A DNA stretch of 64,000 nt, taken from assembly GCA_030390025.1 (NCBI GenBank), contig CM059438.1, forward strand, positions 9,796,001 to 9,860,000, in the 5' to 3' direction. Under the pieces are notes generated by a model. The model was given only the letters and a program-made list of their open reading frames with translations, searched no databases and was not told where the DNA came from. Source of the stretch: Squalus acanthias (taxonomy: Eukaryota). Positions 41,631 through 52,643 of the stretch are shown here, one piece after another (position 1 is the first letter of the stretch; each line of letters begins with the position of its first letter). The position numbers and the translations under genes are program-made.

Positions 41631-43829
41631 AAACAATCTTATTCTTAAAACTCAAAAAAAAAAGCAAAGAAATTAAAGAAGGTACAGTCAAGCTAAATTA
41701 CAACCCATAACTATTTGCACAGATCACGGGCACCACTTTTATAGGGCTCACCATCAAGACTCTCGCTTAACCCCTAGATGTTTTAAAAAGAAATTAAAAC
41801 CTATGTTTATTGTGCTTCCAGCCACGTACCTGCCTTTAATGATGGGGGGGGATAATAAAAATTGTTGGAATTTCTGCACAGGTAAACAGTTGTGATCTCG
41901 CTTTTCGTAAACATTGCCTTGGTGTGTGACCTGTGTTTGCCTTTGATCAATGACCTCAGTCTTCAGGGGTCTATCAGTGTGGTAAATGCACCACTGTCCT
42001 TGCTCCATATTTAACTAGGAATGAGAGACTGGCATTTGCTGCAGTATAAAAAGATGGTCGTCACAGCATTACCTAAAAATGATCCAGGTCTCGTCAATAA
42101 CACATCCAAATTGTTTTCTTTTCCTGCTGAACATCGTATCCAGAGACGTATGTGCATTGCATCGGTGATGTTGGCACAGCATGCACAGTGTGTAATGACC
42201 TCACATCTTTAGGCCTGAATTGTGGCAAGAAAACAAAAGAGCTCAGGGATTTTTTTTTCCCCCTCAAATCCACGAGGGAATTATTTTGCAACAACAAATA
42301 TCTAAGTCAGTTGAAATTGGTAAAAGCTGTTTTCAATGATCTCTACCTATAGAAACCGCTTTTAAATAGTCTAGTAATGTATTCTATAAAAGTAAAACAT
42401 TTTTCCCTTCCCTTTTTAAAAAAAAAATCAATCACCGTGTTCTGCCAGCAGCTTTCACGAAACAGTAATGATCTTGCCAGTTCTCTTCATTCCTCTTTCC
42501 TCCCCCACACTGTAATCTAGTAGCCTCAACTATGTTTAGTTGCCTGGCTACTCGGACAGATTCCCAGCTCCCTGGTTTGGGACATTATTTTTGTATCCAA
42601 TAAAGCTATCGGGCAACCTCCATTTCAATTTTAAAAGTCTATTGTTTGAGAGCTGCATTTAAGTGTAAACAAGTATTGATAGGTGAGATAACAAAGATAG
42701 ATATATCACTAATGCACATCAAAACTGTTTAATGTACCCAAAACCGTTTAATGAACCAAAACTAGTCTGTTTTTTCCACAGTATACAATGTGACCTTCGT
42801 TTTTTTTTTAGAGAAAACATTGGAACATTCCATTAACTATTGGAACATGATCAACAATTACCTAATCCTCCAACTATGTTTTGTTCCAGCATGCATCATG
42901 TGAGCTAATATTGGAGGAAGGCTGTCACTTGTGATTTAACTTGACCCTTTCCCACCTGTTAAGTTCCAAATATTTCCTGATTCCTATCATTGTAAATTGT
43001 TCTTGGCTGTACCGAGAGCAAGCCACGATGTTGGGTAAATATTTTATGCTTGTTGGATTAGGAAGGGTTAAATGCTGTAGTTCAGCCATAAGCAGGCAAT
43101 GACTTGCAAGCTGGAACGAGTACAGTATTCTTTGAGGTGGAACGGAGGAGTGATACAATTTTGGTTCAAGATCCAGCATCATCTGTTTGCCTGGCTCAGG
43201 CTATAGTTTAAAATCATCAAAAAGCAAACATACACAATCAAATCCTGCATTGCAGTTGTCAATTTAGTTGCTTGTAATTCCATTTAAAAAATGATATGTA
43301 ACTACTAATTATTGTATTAGATAAAGCCTGCCCAAGTGTATAAAATGAATACAGTGATTGCAATATTTTGATAAAATCTTTGCCCACTCACCAATTTTGA
43401 GGTCTTCAGGTATGTTTTCAAGGAATACATTAGACTTGTAATTTGCAGAAATTCTGATGTTTAAGCAAATATTAAATGGGCCCATTGAGTTTAAAATACT
43501 TTTTTTTTACTTTAATATGAGCCCCTGTACAAACAGATGGGATAAAAGTCTGCATTCTGGTTAAGTATGTTAGTTAAATGTAAAAAAAAAAGTGTTAAGC
43601 TTGTTCCCAGTGGATATGAATTGCAAAACTGGCTAAGATTTGGCACAATTGCTTGTTCAGCAACTTAAGACCATAAGGAGAGGCACTTTGGTAGATGGAA
43701 GTGAGCTGGGTGGAGTCCTTTTGCGAGGTGGTTTTAAGCACATCATGGTTATGTAGAAAGCATACATTTCATCAGACCCATGAAGTGTTTAAAAGTGCCT
43801 TTGTACTAGTCGCTTGTTTAGTTTGTATC

Positions 43830-44092
43830 TAGGGTTGCCAACCCTCCAAGATTGCCCTGGTGTCTCCGGGAATTAAAGATTAATCTCCTGGATGCTGCTA
43901 TGCGCAACCTTGGATACAAATCATAGGGGCATTAAGCAAAATTTTCTTTTAATTTTGTTTGATCGCTTTAGTTTATTATAAAAAAAATATTGGGAGATGG
44001 GGAAGAAAGATTGACTGGACGGGGTGATTGGAGGGCGGAGGTCAGGTGATTAAACCTCCAGGAATATGTCCAATTATGAGTTGGCAACCCTC
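43830..44092. mobile_element. hAT (Blackjack-like) MITE
   Basis: TIR TAGGGTTGCCAAC / GTTGGCAACCCT; TTGTATC duplicated on both flanks (7-8 bp TSD). Confidence 0.82.
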
Positions 44093-45415
44093 TTGTATCA
44101 CAAAAGAGCGACTCCTGCGTACTAACCCCATGCATTTACATTACTAAAACTGCTTTCCTTGTTTCTGATGGAAGAATTGTAAATACATGTTTTTGTATGT
44201 CTAAAATTATGCTATCGGGTTAAAGGAGCTAGTTTTAGCAATGTTAATGTGGGAAGCAAGCACCTGGACATTGCAATCTGAACTACACAAATGCCAAATG
44301 TAAAAGTAATTTAATTTACACTTAGTATAAAGTGAGAAGGGATCATATGTTCCATTCCCCAACACCTTTAATCTGGCCTTGAATGTATATGTGTAGCTGT
44401 GTGTGCAAAAGGATCATAAATACGCAAGATAAATAACTAGAAGGAGTATTTCACAAGAAATAAGTGATTCCGGTCTAATTTCTTTTGATTTGAAAACATA
44501 AATGATGTATAAATACAAAAACTGGAAATTGTTACGACTATACAAGGTAAGCGCAAATACCTGCTAAACCGAGAAATTACTGACCAATTGCCCTAAACAC
44601 AAGCATGAATTTATAAAACAGTCTGCACTCTAAATCAGCCTAAGAAAACTCGAGCATTGATAACCTGAGACGGGTTTCTCAAATTTACAAAATTATAATG
44701 CTACTTGGGTGCCACTCTAAACTCATTGCAGTGTTCCAATTGATTGTAATAGTATTCTGAAAGTAGCCAGAACAAAGGTTTTTGGAAAACTTGCATGGAT
44801 TCCTTTTTCCCCATTGGAGTTGGGTGCAACCAAGTTCTTGAAGAAATCCATTACTTCCTTTCATCATAACCTAATGCACCCGCCAGACATAGTAACTTTT
44901 ATATAAGGTATTTTGAAATAGAGCTTCCATTTAGATGTCTGGATTTATAAGAATTTTACTGTAATTCATCTCATGAAAAAGCAATTACCCCTATTTGGTG
45001 GCCTGGAGCACAGGTGGTTGTGGGGATCCTAAGGATAGTCGAAAACAGTGTAAAGAAGGTAAGTGCCATCTGGAGATGTAATGGTAACAGCCATTTTAAT
45101 GTGAAACTCTTAAAGGACTTGATGGAATTTACTCAACAATGCTTTGTGACATAGAATTCTAACTTTTAATCTCAATTTCTGTGATAAATGTGTGACCTCT
45201 CAGTCTTACGAACCCATGAAGACTATCATGATTATCGCTATTTACTCTATCATGAGCTTTTTATAATTTTGTTAACTTCCATGTGTATGCCAATGACGCG
45301 CAGCTCTCCCAACTTCACCACCTCTCAATCCCTCCACTGTGACTTCTTGTCTGACATCCATTCTTGGGTGAATTGTAACTTCTTCCAGTTGAAGATTGGA
45401 AAGACCAAACTCAAT

Positions 45416-46153
45416 GGCCCAACATTTGCGGTCGGAGGCTTCCTGCGGACGGATACCTCCGATCTGTAAAATATCTACGCATTGACCTGGTGGCCCGGGA
45501 GGTATGGAGGCTTGCGATCCTGGGCGCCTCCGACTACGCGCGGGTAGAGGCCCACGTATCCCAGGGGTGCAGGTGATTTGCAAGCGACCCTGGGATCACG
45601 TGGACCGGCCCAACCAATAAAAGAAGGGAATCCCCATTCATACTTATGGGAGTTCCGTACATACGGAACTCCCATAAGTATGAATGGGGATCACTTAAAA
45701 AAAAAAATACACGAACACATGAATTTTTTTTAAATTATATATTTAAAATTAGTTAAAATGCCATTTAATTAAATATTTTAAATTTTTTTTTAAAAACCGG
45801 GCTAAAAAATAAACTTGCCTTATTGGACAGGGTTTTGTATAAATGAGTGATAAAATGTAATTTTTCTATTTTTAAAACTCTTATGCTGCTAAAAGCAGGC
45901 CTTACGCCTGCTTTCACCAGGCGTACGAATTCACGGGCATTCAGCGGGTGGAAGTTGGGCAAATAGCGCAACTCTCCACCCGCAGAGGCCCATCTCCCGG
46001 GGATGTGGAGGATCTGTCAAGAGGATTCTTGGCAGATCGCAAGTTCCGGGTTTTAGCGCATGCGCTTCGCATGCCTAAACCCAGAATTTTGCACGGCCCC
46101 AACGGGCACGTGCACACCTCATACGCACCCGTAGGGGTCACAAAATACGGCCC
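45416..46153. mobile_element. PIF/Harbinger-type MITE inserted next to an L2 RT remnant
   Basis: TIRs GGCCCAACATTTG / GGGCCGTATTTTG (reverse complement); flanks AAT/ACT. The left end is homologous to the right end of 21539-22249. The flank at 45280 reads like a degenerate YADDTQL. Confidence 0.75.
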
Positions 46154-46479
46154 ACTAAATGTATAATAAATGTATTCAAAGGACATGGAAACTCCAATAA
46201 CTGAAAACAACTACATTTAAGTATCGAATTCCAGTTCAGGACAGCCACCCTGGACCCACTCAGACTGCCCCCTTGTTCGCTGCTCTTTTGTAATTGATTT
46301 GGTTATTTCACTGAACGTTCTTGCTAACTCTCTTCCAGGCTGGGAGGATTAGTAATTTTAATTCTCATCGGTACTTGACCCACCAAATCTTGTTAGGCAC
46401 AGAGATAGGGCAATCCTCATACTGCACTCATCTGCTGCACTCATCTTTTTGGTCGAAAGTTCAGATTTGATTGTCGCTT

Positions 46480-47350
46480 AAGAACATAAGAAATAGAAGC
46501 AGGAGTAGGCCATATGGCCCCTTGCGCCTGCTTCGCCATTCAATAAGATCATGGCTGAACTTCTATCTCAACTCCACTTTCCTGCCCTATCCTCATATCC
46601 CTTGATTACCTTAGTGCCCAAAAATCTATCAATTTCAGTCTAGAATATACTCCTCATCTGAGCATCCACAGCCCTCTGGGGTAGAGAATTTCAACGATTC
46701 ACAACCCTCTGAGTCCTAAATGGCTGATCCCTTATCCTGAGACTATGGCCCCTAATTCGAGACTCTCCAGCTAGGGGAAACGGCCTCTTAGCATCTACCC
46801 TGTCAAGTCCTTGAGAATTGTATACATTTCAATGAGATCACCTCTCATTCTTCTAAACTCCAGAGTATTTCAGCCCACTCTACTCAATATCTCTCTCATC
46901 CCAGGAGTCAATCTAGTGAACCTTCATTGCAGCCCCTGTAAGACAAGTATATCCTTCCTCAGATATGGAGGCCAAAATTGTACACAGTAAACCAGGTGTG
47001 GCCTCACTGAAGCTCTATATAATTGCAGCAAGACTTCCTTACTCATATACTCCAACTGCCTTGCAATAAAGGCTAACATACCATTTGGCTTCCTAATTGC
47101 TTGCTGTACCTGCATGTTAACTTTGTGATTCGTGTACAAGGACACCCAGGTCCCTCTGAATACCAACATTTATTAGTGTCTCAACTTTTATAAAAAAAAA
47201 TTCTGTTTTTCTATTCTTCCTACCGAAGTGGATAATTTCACACTTCCCCACATTATATTCCATTTGCCACCTTCTTGCCCAATCACTTAACCGGTCTATA
47301 TCCCTTTGCAACCTTCATGTCCTCCTCACAGCTTACTTTCCCACCTAGAT
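46480..47350 (-). mobile_element. CR1 3' fragment
   Basis: Tail taagaacataagaa; ORF fragments WQMEYNVGKCE and RPHLVYCVQFW. Confidence 0.9.
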
Positions 47351-47374
47351 TCATGTCATAGATGAAGACATCAG

Positions 47375-48325
47375 TTACATAAAATTACATCAAATGTACA
47401 GCACAGAAAGAGGCCATTCGGCCCAACTGGTGCATGCCAGTTTTTCTTCCCTCAGGCCTCTCACCCTCTTCATCTCACCCTATTAGCATAACCTTCTATT
47501 CCTTTCTCCCTCGTGCACTTATCTAGCTTTCCCTTAAATGTGTCAGCTATTCGCCTCAACTACTCCTTGTGGTAGCAAGTTCCACATTCTAACCACTCAG
47601 TAAAAATGTATCTCCTGAATTCCCTACTGGATTTATTAGTGACTATCTTATATTTATGGCCCCTAGTTTTGGTCTCCCCCACAAGTGGAAGCATCATCTC
47701 TACGTCTACCCCAGCGAACCCTTTCACAATCTTAAATACCTCCTATTAGGTCACCCCTCAGCCTTCCCTTTCCTAGAGAAAAGAGCCCCAGCCTGTTCAA
47801 TCTTTCCTGATGGCTATAACCTCTCAGTTTGGTATCATCCTTGTAAATCTTTTTTGCACCTTCAGTACCTCTCTCCTTTTTATAATATGGGAGACCAGAG
47901 TTGTGCACAGAAATGTGTTCTAACCAAGGTTCTATACAAGTTTAACACAATTCCTCTGGTTTTCACATCTATCCTTCTAGAAATGAACTCTATCCCTAGA
48001 TTCCTTTGCTCCTCTACCACATTCAGACTTCTTATCCAAGCAGTCTGTGGCCTCCTTATTCTTCCTACTGAAATGCACCAGCTTACACTGACCTATATTG
48101 AAGTTCATTTGCCAATTACACACCCATACTGCAAGTTTATTAATGTTGTCTTGTGTGTTGTCGCAGTCTTTCCTGGTATTAACTACACCCCCCAATTTGG
48201 TGTCATCTGCAAATTTTGAAATTGTACTTCTGCTTCCCGAGTCCAAATCATTTATGTAAATAGTGAACAACAGTGGTCCTAGTACCGATCCTTGTGGAAC
48301 ACCACTTCCCACCTTTTGCCAGTGT
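47375..48325 (-). mobile_element. CR1 3' fragment of another subfamily
   Basis: [22 protein letters not shown]...FADDTKL; tail ttacataaaattacatc. Confidence 0.9.
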
Positions 48326-48549
48326 TTCATTTGCTACCTTACTTTTCCACTGAAATGAAGAATCATTGAGTTGACAATGAAGAATCATTGAGTTGATGTG
48401 CATTAAGTTTCTATGTATAGAGAATGATAGACTTTTGTCAATCAAGGCTTTGATTTTATTCCCTCCTCTCCTGAATGTACTCACGCATGACTCACCAGCA
48501 GCACTTCAGTATCTTGCCCAAGTGACATTTCATCAAATATGTTGATGTT

Positions 48550-49580
48550 CCTAGCACAAAGGAAGATGGTTGTGGTTGTTGGAGATTAATTATCACAGCC
48601 CCAGGTAATCGCTGCAGGAATTCCTCAGGGCAGTGCCCTAGGCCCAACCATCTTCAGCTGCTTCATCAATGACCCTCCCTCCATCATAAGATCAGAAGTG
48701 GGGATGTATGCTGATGACTGCACAGTGTTCAGTTCCATTCAGATAATGAAGCAGTTCATGTCCGCAGGCAGCAAGACCTGGACGACATTCAGGCTTGGGC
48801 TGATAAGTGGCAGGTAACATTTGTGCCACACAAGTGACAGGCAATGACTATCTCCAACAAGTGAGAGTCTAACCACTGTCCCTTGACATTCAACGGCATC
48901 CCTTGACATTCAACGGCATTACCATTACCAAATCCCCCGCCATCAACATCCTGGGGGTCACCATTGCCCAGAAACTTAACTGCACCAGCCACATAAATAC
49001 TGTGGCAACAAGAGCGGGTCAGAGGCTGGGTATTCTGTGGTGAGTGTCTCACCTGACTCCCCAAAGCCTTTCCACCATCTACAAGGCACAAGTCAGGAGT
49101 GTGATTGAATACTCTCCACTTGCCTGGATGAGTGCAGCTCCAACAACACTCAAGAAGCTCGACACCATCCAGGACAAAGCAGCCCACTTCATTGGCACCC
49201 ATCCACCACCTTAAACATTCACTCCCTCTACCACCGGTGCACTGTGGCTGCAGTGTGTACCATCTACAAGATGCACTGCAGCAACTCCCAAACCTGCGAC
49301 CTTTACCATCTAGAAGAACAAGGGCAGCAGGCACATCGGAACACTATCACCTGCAAGTTCCCCTTCAAGTTACACACCATCTTGACTTGGAAATATAGCT
49401 GTTCCTTCATCGTCGCTGGGTCAAAATCCTGGAATTCCCTTCCTAACAGCTCTGTGGGAGTACCTTCACCACATGGACTGCAGTGGTTCAAGAAGGCGGC
49501 TCGCCACCACTTTCTCAAGGGGTACTAGGGATGGGCAATAAATGCTGGCTTTGCCAGTGACGCCCACATCCCAGGAAATA
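48550..49580 (+). mobile_element. CR1-group LINE 3' kilobase from a divergent family
   Basis: cctcagggcagtgccctaggcccaacc (PQGSxLGP) and tatgctgatgactgc (YADDC); 3' end gatgggcaataaatgctggc...gacgcccacatccc. Confidence 0.85.
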
Positions 49581-52079
49581 ATTTTTAAAAAATAGGAGCA
49601 GGAATAGGCCTTCAAGACTGTGAAGGGCTGAATGTCCTACTTTGGAGGACATTATAGTTGACATAGTTGAGCCTGTTCTTGTGTGTAATGCAGGGACGTG
49701 CACTTATCATCGGATGATGGTCAACAGTGGAAACCATGGCCATATCTTGTTTTGCTTTTTTTCTTCCTAGCTCCAGAAATTTGAGGCCATTTGTTCCTCT
49801 GCCACTAGGTGCTATCAGTGGACACAGTACCAACCAGGGATTAAAACTGACGTCTTCATCTGCATGGCTTGGTGCCACATCATGCTGTGCATCGACCCAG
49901 TGAGCCATTGGTTGAGCCATGGGCGTTTCATTGTTTCCTTTGGAAGTGATTTTATCTGACCACAGGTTTAAAATTGACTAGTGGACTTAATTCCCTTGTT
50001 TGTGTTACTCCCTGGCGGGGCAGGACCCATGAGGAAAAGTAGCTCTTGTTATTTCTTGGACACATATGGAGAAAGTGTTCCTCAAAGCCATCTATTCAGC
50101 TTCCTGGAGTAGTAATGTCTTCACTTAATAACTCACCAGGCAGCACACTGTTTCATTAAAAAAAAATGCTGTTGATTTTCCCCTTTTGGGATTCTGGCTA
50201 TACCAGAAGGGGCCACAGACCAGAACTAGAGTATGTAGTAACATTCATTTAAAGTAGATTTTTTTTTTGGGGTGGGAGGGGTGCAATGGATCCAATAGGA
50301 ATAAGAATGTTTAAGGATAAGGGCAAATATGTTTAAGACATGTAAGGAACATTAAAAGGAAGTTTTCAATATTCCATATACTCAGCAAAAGTACTCAACT
50401 TGACAGCACAAACATTTGAGCGGAAAGTGGGCAAGAGATCGATGGAACTAATGTGAGGTAGAATACTTTGCAAGAGTAGACCTGTTAAATAGAGTGGAAT
50501 AGCAGAATTTTAGGAAGGGCAGTTAGAGGGAGAGGTGGCAAAAGCCATGTGGATGGGAATTCTTAATGAAAGGGATAACTATGGGCTGGATTTTCACATT
50601 GGAGGCGGGTTGGGTGCGGGGCAGGTGGCCGGCGGGTCCCGAACCCGCCCCCGTTGTCAGGTCAGAAAAAACTGAGATTTTACCCTAATTGGCCAATTAA
50701 TTCCAGGCGTGTGGGTTCCCCTGTGCCAATTAGTGTTTTGGGACTGAAACTCACCTCTGCTGCTGCCACTTATCTAGCTGGATTGAAGGCCTCCAAGCTG
50801 GCTTGTTCCCTATGCGCCTGTTTTGCTGATACTGTGGAAGCCTGGGGATCCTGCCTTCATCGGTGATGTCAAGATTCACTGATGACTCCCTCCAAGTGTT
50901 GGTAGAGGGAGTCACAGCTAACAGGAGGTGCTCTTCCCTTCTTCTGGGAGGAAGAAGACTCCTCAGCAGACAAAAGCTGTATGGCTTCAGATCGCGAGGG
51001 AAATGAGCAGCAAGTCGGTCTGCAGCAGAACCTGGCTGCAGTGCCGTAAAAGGTTCAATGACTTTGTTCGAACAGGAAAAGTGAGTAGAGCATCACCTTT
51101 ACCCTCATTCTGCTCCCCATCTCCTCTCCGCACCAGCACTCTGCATTGTCAACCTACTCCTACACATCCCACTGTACCCTTACATGCCTTGCACCCCTAA
51201 CCATCCCTCTCTATGTTCACAAGCACTTCACTATTCGACTATGCTGCCCTCACACTCCCTATCACAGTTATGCACTGACAACAACTACCAACACCAGTGG
51301 TATCTGCACCTCGCTCCATCCCTGTCTCCTTCTAAACATCTGCTCTGGAATCTCTACACTCACTCCATCATCTCAGTCAAACTCCACTTGTCTCCCTGCT
51401 GGAAAAGAGCCCACAATAAGCGGGAAAGGACGAGGACAGGAGGTGGGCCACCCTCAATAGCCTCCTCAAATGCTGAGGAGGCGGCCCTGGAAATCGTTGG
51501 TGCTAGCCTGGATGTGGAAGTGGGGGGCGGACAGACGGGCACAGAGGAGCAAGCTGGTGACCGAATAGTTTTGAGAGATCTCATTTACATTGCATGAGTG
51601 ACTGAAATGGCTGCTGATGTTCATACTGATTGATGATTATCTGCACAACTCCATGTGAGTGCTACATTAATATCAGTTGTCTAACTCATGCCTTTACTCC
51701 ATCACAGGGCCATCGACATTCCCCCCTCGCCAGTGTCCCGGAGGAAGAAGGCGACCATGAAGACTCCTCAGAGGAACCTGCAACCTCTGAGGGCGCAGCG
51801 TCAGCAGATGTAAGCGCACCCAGCACTAGCGCAGATACACACACCTCAGTGGGACCCTCGCGACATAGAGTAGTGTTGTCACCTGGTGTATCACCGCTCA
51901 CAAGTGAGCATCAGCAGATGGTGGAGACGGGGCCAGTAGCGGAGGGTCCTCGTCAGAGGTCACAGGACTCCTAGCTCTGCTCAGCTGCATGTGGACCCTG
52001 TGCCTCCAAGTCCATACGAAAGGAGAGTGGTGCTGGAACTCCAGGAACAGGTGCAGGAGTCTCTGGCAGGTTTTGTCTC

Positions 52080-52643
52080 ATGACTGGCACCATGACTGGC
52101 TCTGTTGCAAAGAAGGGAGGGAAAAAGAGTGGCAGGGCTATAGTAATAGGGGATTCGATTGTAAGGGGAATAGATAGGGGTTTCTGTGGTCGCGACCGAG
52201 ACTCCAGGATGGTATGTTGCCTCCCTGGTGCAAGGGTCAAGGATGTCTCGGCGCGGGTGCAGAACATTCTGGAGGGGGAGGGGGAACAGCCAGTTGTCGT
52301 GATACATGTTGGTACCAACGACGTAGCTAAAAAAAGGGAAGAGGTCCTACAAGTAGAATTTAGGGAGTTAGGAGCCAAGCTAAAAAGTAGGACCTCGAAG
52401 GTAGTAATCTCTGGATTACTACCAGTGCCACGTGCTAGTAAGAGTACAGAGAACAGGATAGTTAGGCTAAATACGTGGCTTGAGCAGTGGTGTAAGAGGG
52501 AGGGTTTTAAATTTTTGAGGCATTGGAACCAGTTTTGTGGTAGGTGTGACCTATACAAAAGGGACGGTCTACACCTGTGCAAAGATGGAACTGATGTTCT
52601 CGGGGTAATTTTTGATAAAGCAGTTCGGGAGCATTTAAACTAG
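52080..52643 (+). CDS. CR1 ORF1 C-terminal part, SGNH/GDSL esterase-like domain
   Basis: Motifs IGDSIVRG, LPGA, HVGTND and DGLHL. Confidence 0.9.
   Translation: MTGTMTGSVAKKGGKKSGRAIVIGDSIVRGIDRGFCGRDRDSRMVCCLPGARVKDVSARVQNILEGEGEQPVVVIHVGTNDVAKKREEVLQVEFRELGAKLKSRTSKVVISGLLPVPRASKSTENRIVRLNTWLEQWCKREGFKFLRHWNQFCGRCDLYKRDGLHLCKDGTDVLGVIFDKAVREHLN

Noticed and set aside
48354-48396. 22-bp tandem duplication, and a 20-bp one at 48880-48919
   Set aside because: Ordinary local slippage duplications.
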